From Phaeosaccion multiseriatum (taxonomy: Eukaryota > Protista > Ochrophyta, other classes), in assembly GCA_965112735.1 (NCBI GenBank), contig OZ218964.1, positions 1,178,001 to 1,242,000 of the forward strand: a DNA stretch of 64,000 bases, given 5' to 3'. Below, in pieces: positions 63,896-64,000 of the stretch. How positions within the stretch are numbered: the first letter of the stretch is position 1; each line of letters opens with the position of its first letter. A program made the position numbers and the translations under genes. The notes beneath the pieces were generated by a model. That model saw only the letters and a list, made by a program, of their open reading frames with translations. It was not told the origin of the DNA and made no database searches.

Positions 63896-64000
63896 CCCTC
63901 TCAGTGGCACCCCCCGGATCTCAACTCAACTCACCCATGCCGGCATGATAACAGCCCGCTCGGATGCCCTTGTCAATGAGGTACTGAGCCACCTCCTCAC
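59819..64000 (-). CDS. RECQL: RecQ-family helicase, RECQL/RecQ1-like, 3' part; exons >64000-63935, 63549-63471, 63020-62947, 62611-62553, 62245-62142, 61560-61314, 60898-59819
   Basis: Spliced motifs YHAGM, VCVATIAFGMGINKLDVRYVVH, SKSVEGYYQESGRAGRDG, zinc module CRR...C...CDNC, and winged-helix end FKYTAYSINHY resembling RECQ1 FTAYATISY; acidic low-complexity tail. Confidence 0.9.
61594..62133. repeat. (CAT)n trinucleotide tract (~540 bp) inside a RECQL intron (62141-61561)
   Basis: Flanked by in-frame helicase exons, so the poly-I/M/D ORFs here are spurious. Confidence 0.93.
63259..63502. repeat. 122-bp tandem duplication covering a RECQL exon end, donor site and intron start
   Basis: Units 63259-63380 and 63381-63502 are nearly identical; both contain the IQVCVATIAFG coding sequence plus a GT donor. 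Confidence 0.9.
63695..63897. repeat. (CCTG)n microsatellite in a RECQL intron
   Basis: Directly visible. Confidence 0.92.

Noticed and set aside
1-64000. Transposases, reverse transcriptases, tRNA or rRNA genes
   Set aside because: None recognised by eye; small ncRNAs cannot be excluded without a covariance-model search.

Overview
A GC-rich, gene-dense eukaryotic genomic window with GT-AG introns, microsatellite-filled introns and homopeptide-rich exons. A stramenopile or other marine protist is plausible but is inference only. Positions 1-28549 (minus strand) hold the first ~9,320 codons of one giant secreted or surface protein that runs off the window edge. Its order is signal peptide, three tandem beta-rich head repeats, three bacterial-type cadherin-like repeats, then roughly 60 IPT/TIG domains, partly in a three-domain super-repeat. 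Its 15.1-kb third exon is missing from the ORF track because it has no stop inside the window. The rest encodes a small twin-CX9C protein (CMC4-like), an unknown Q/E-rich protein, ORC3, an intronless CHASE-HisKA-HATPase-REC hybrid histidine kinase, a selenocysteine thioredoxin reductase (GCUG end, SECIS candidate), a NUDT8-like Nudix hydrolase, VPS54 and the 3' part of a RECQL-type helicase. The most striking unexplained signal is a dispersed DNA motif, CAGCAGTTGGTGATACAGCAG. It has about 25-30 copies including variants, lies in both orientations, mostly inside exons of four unrelated genes, is translated in five of six frames, and is altered where it would otherwise create an in-frame stop.
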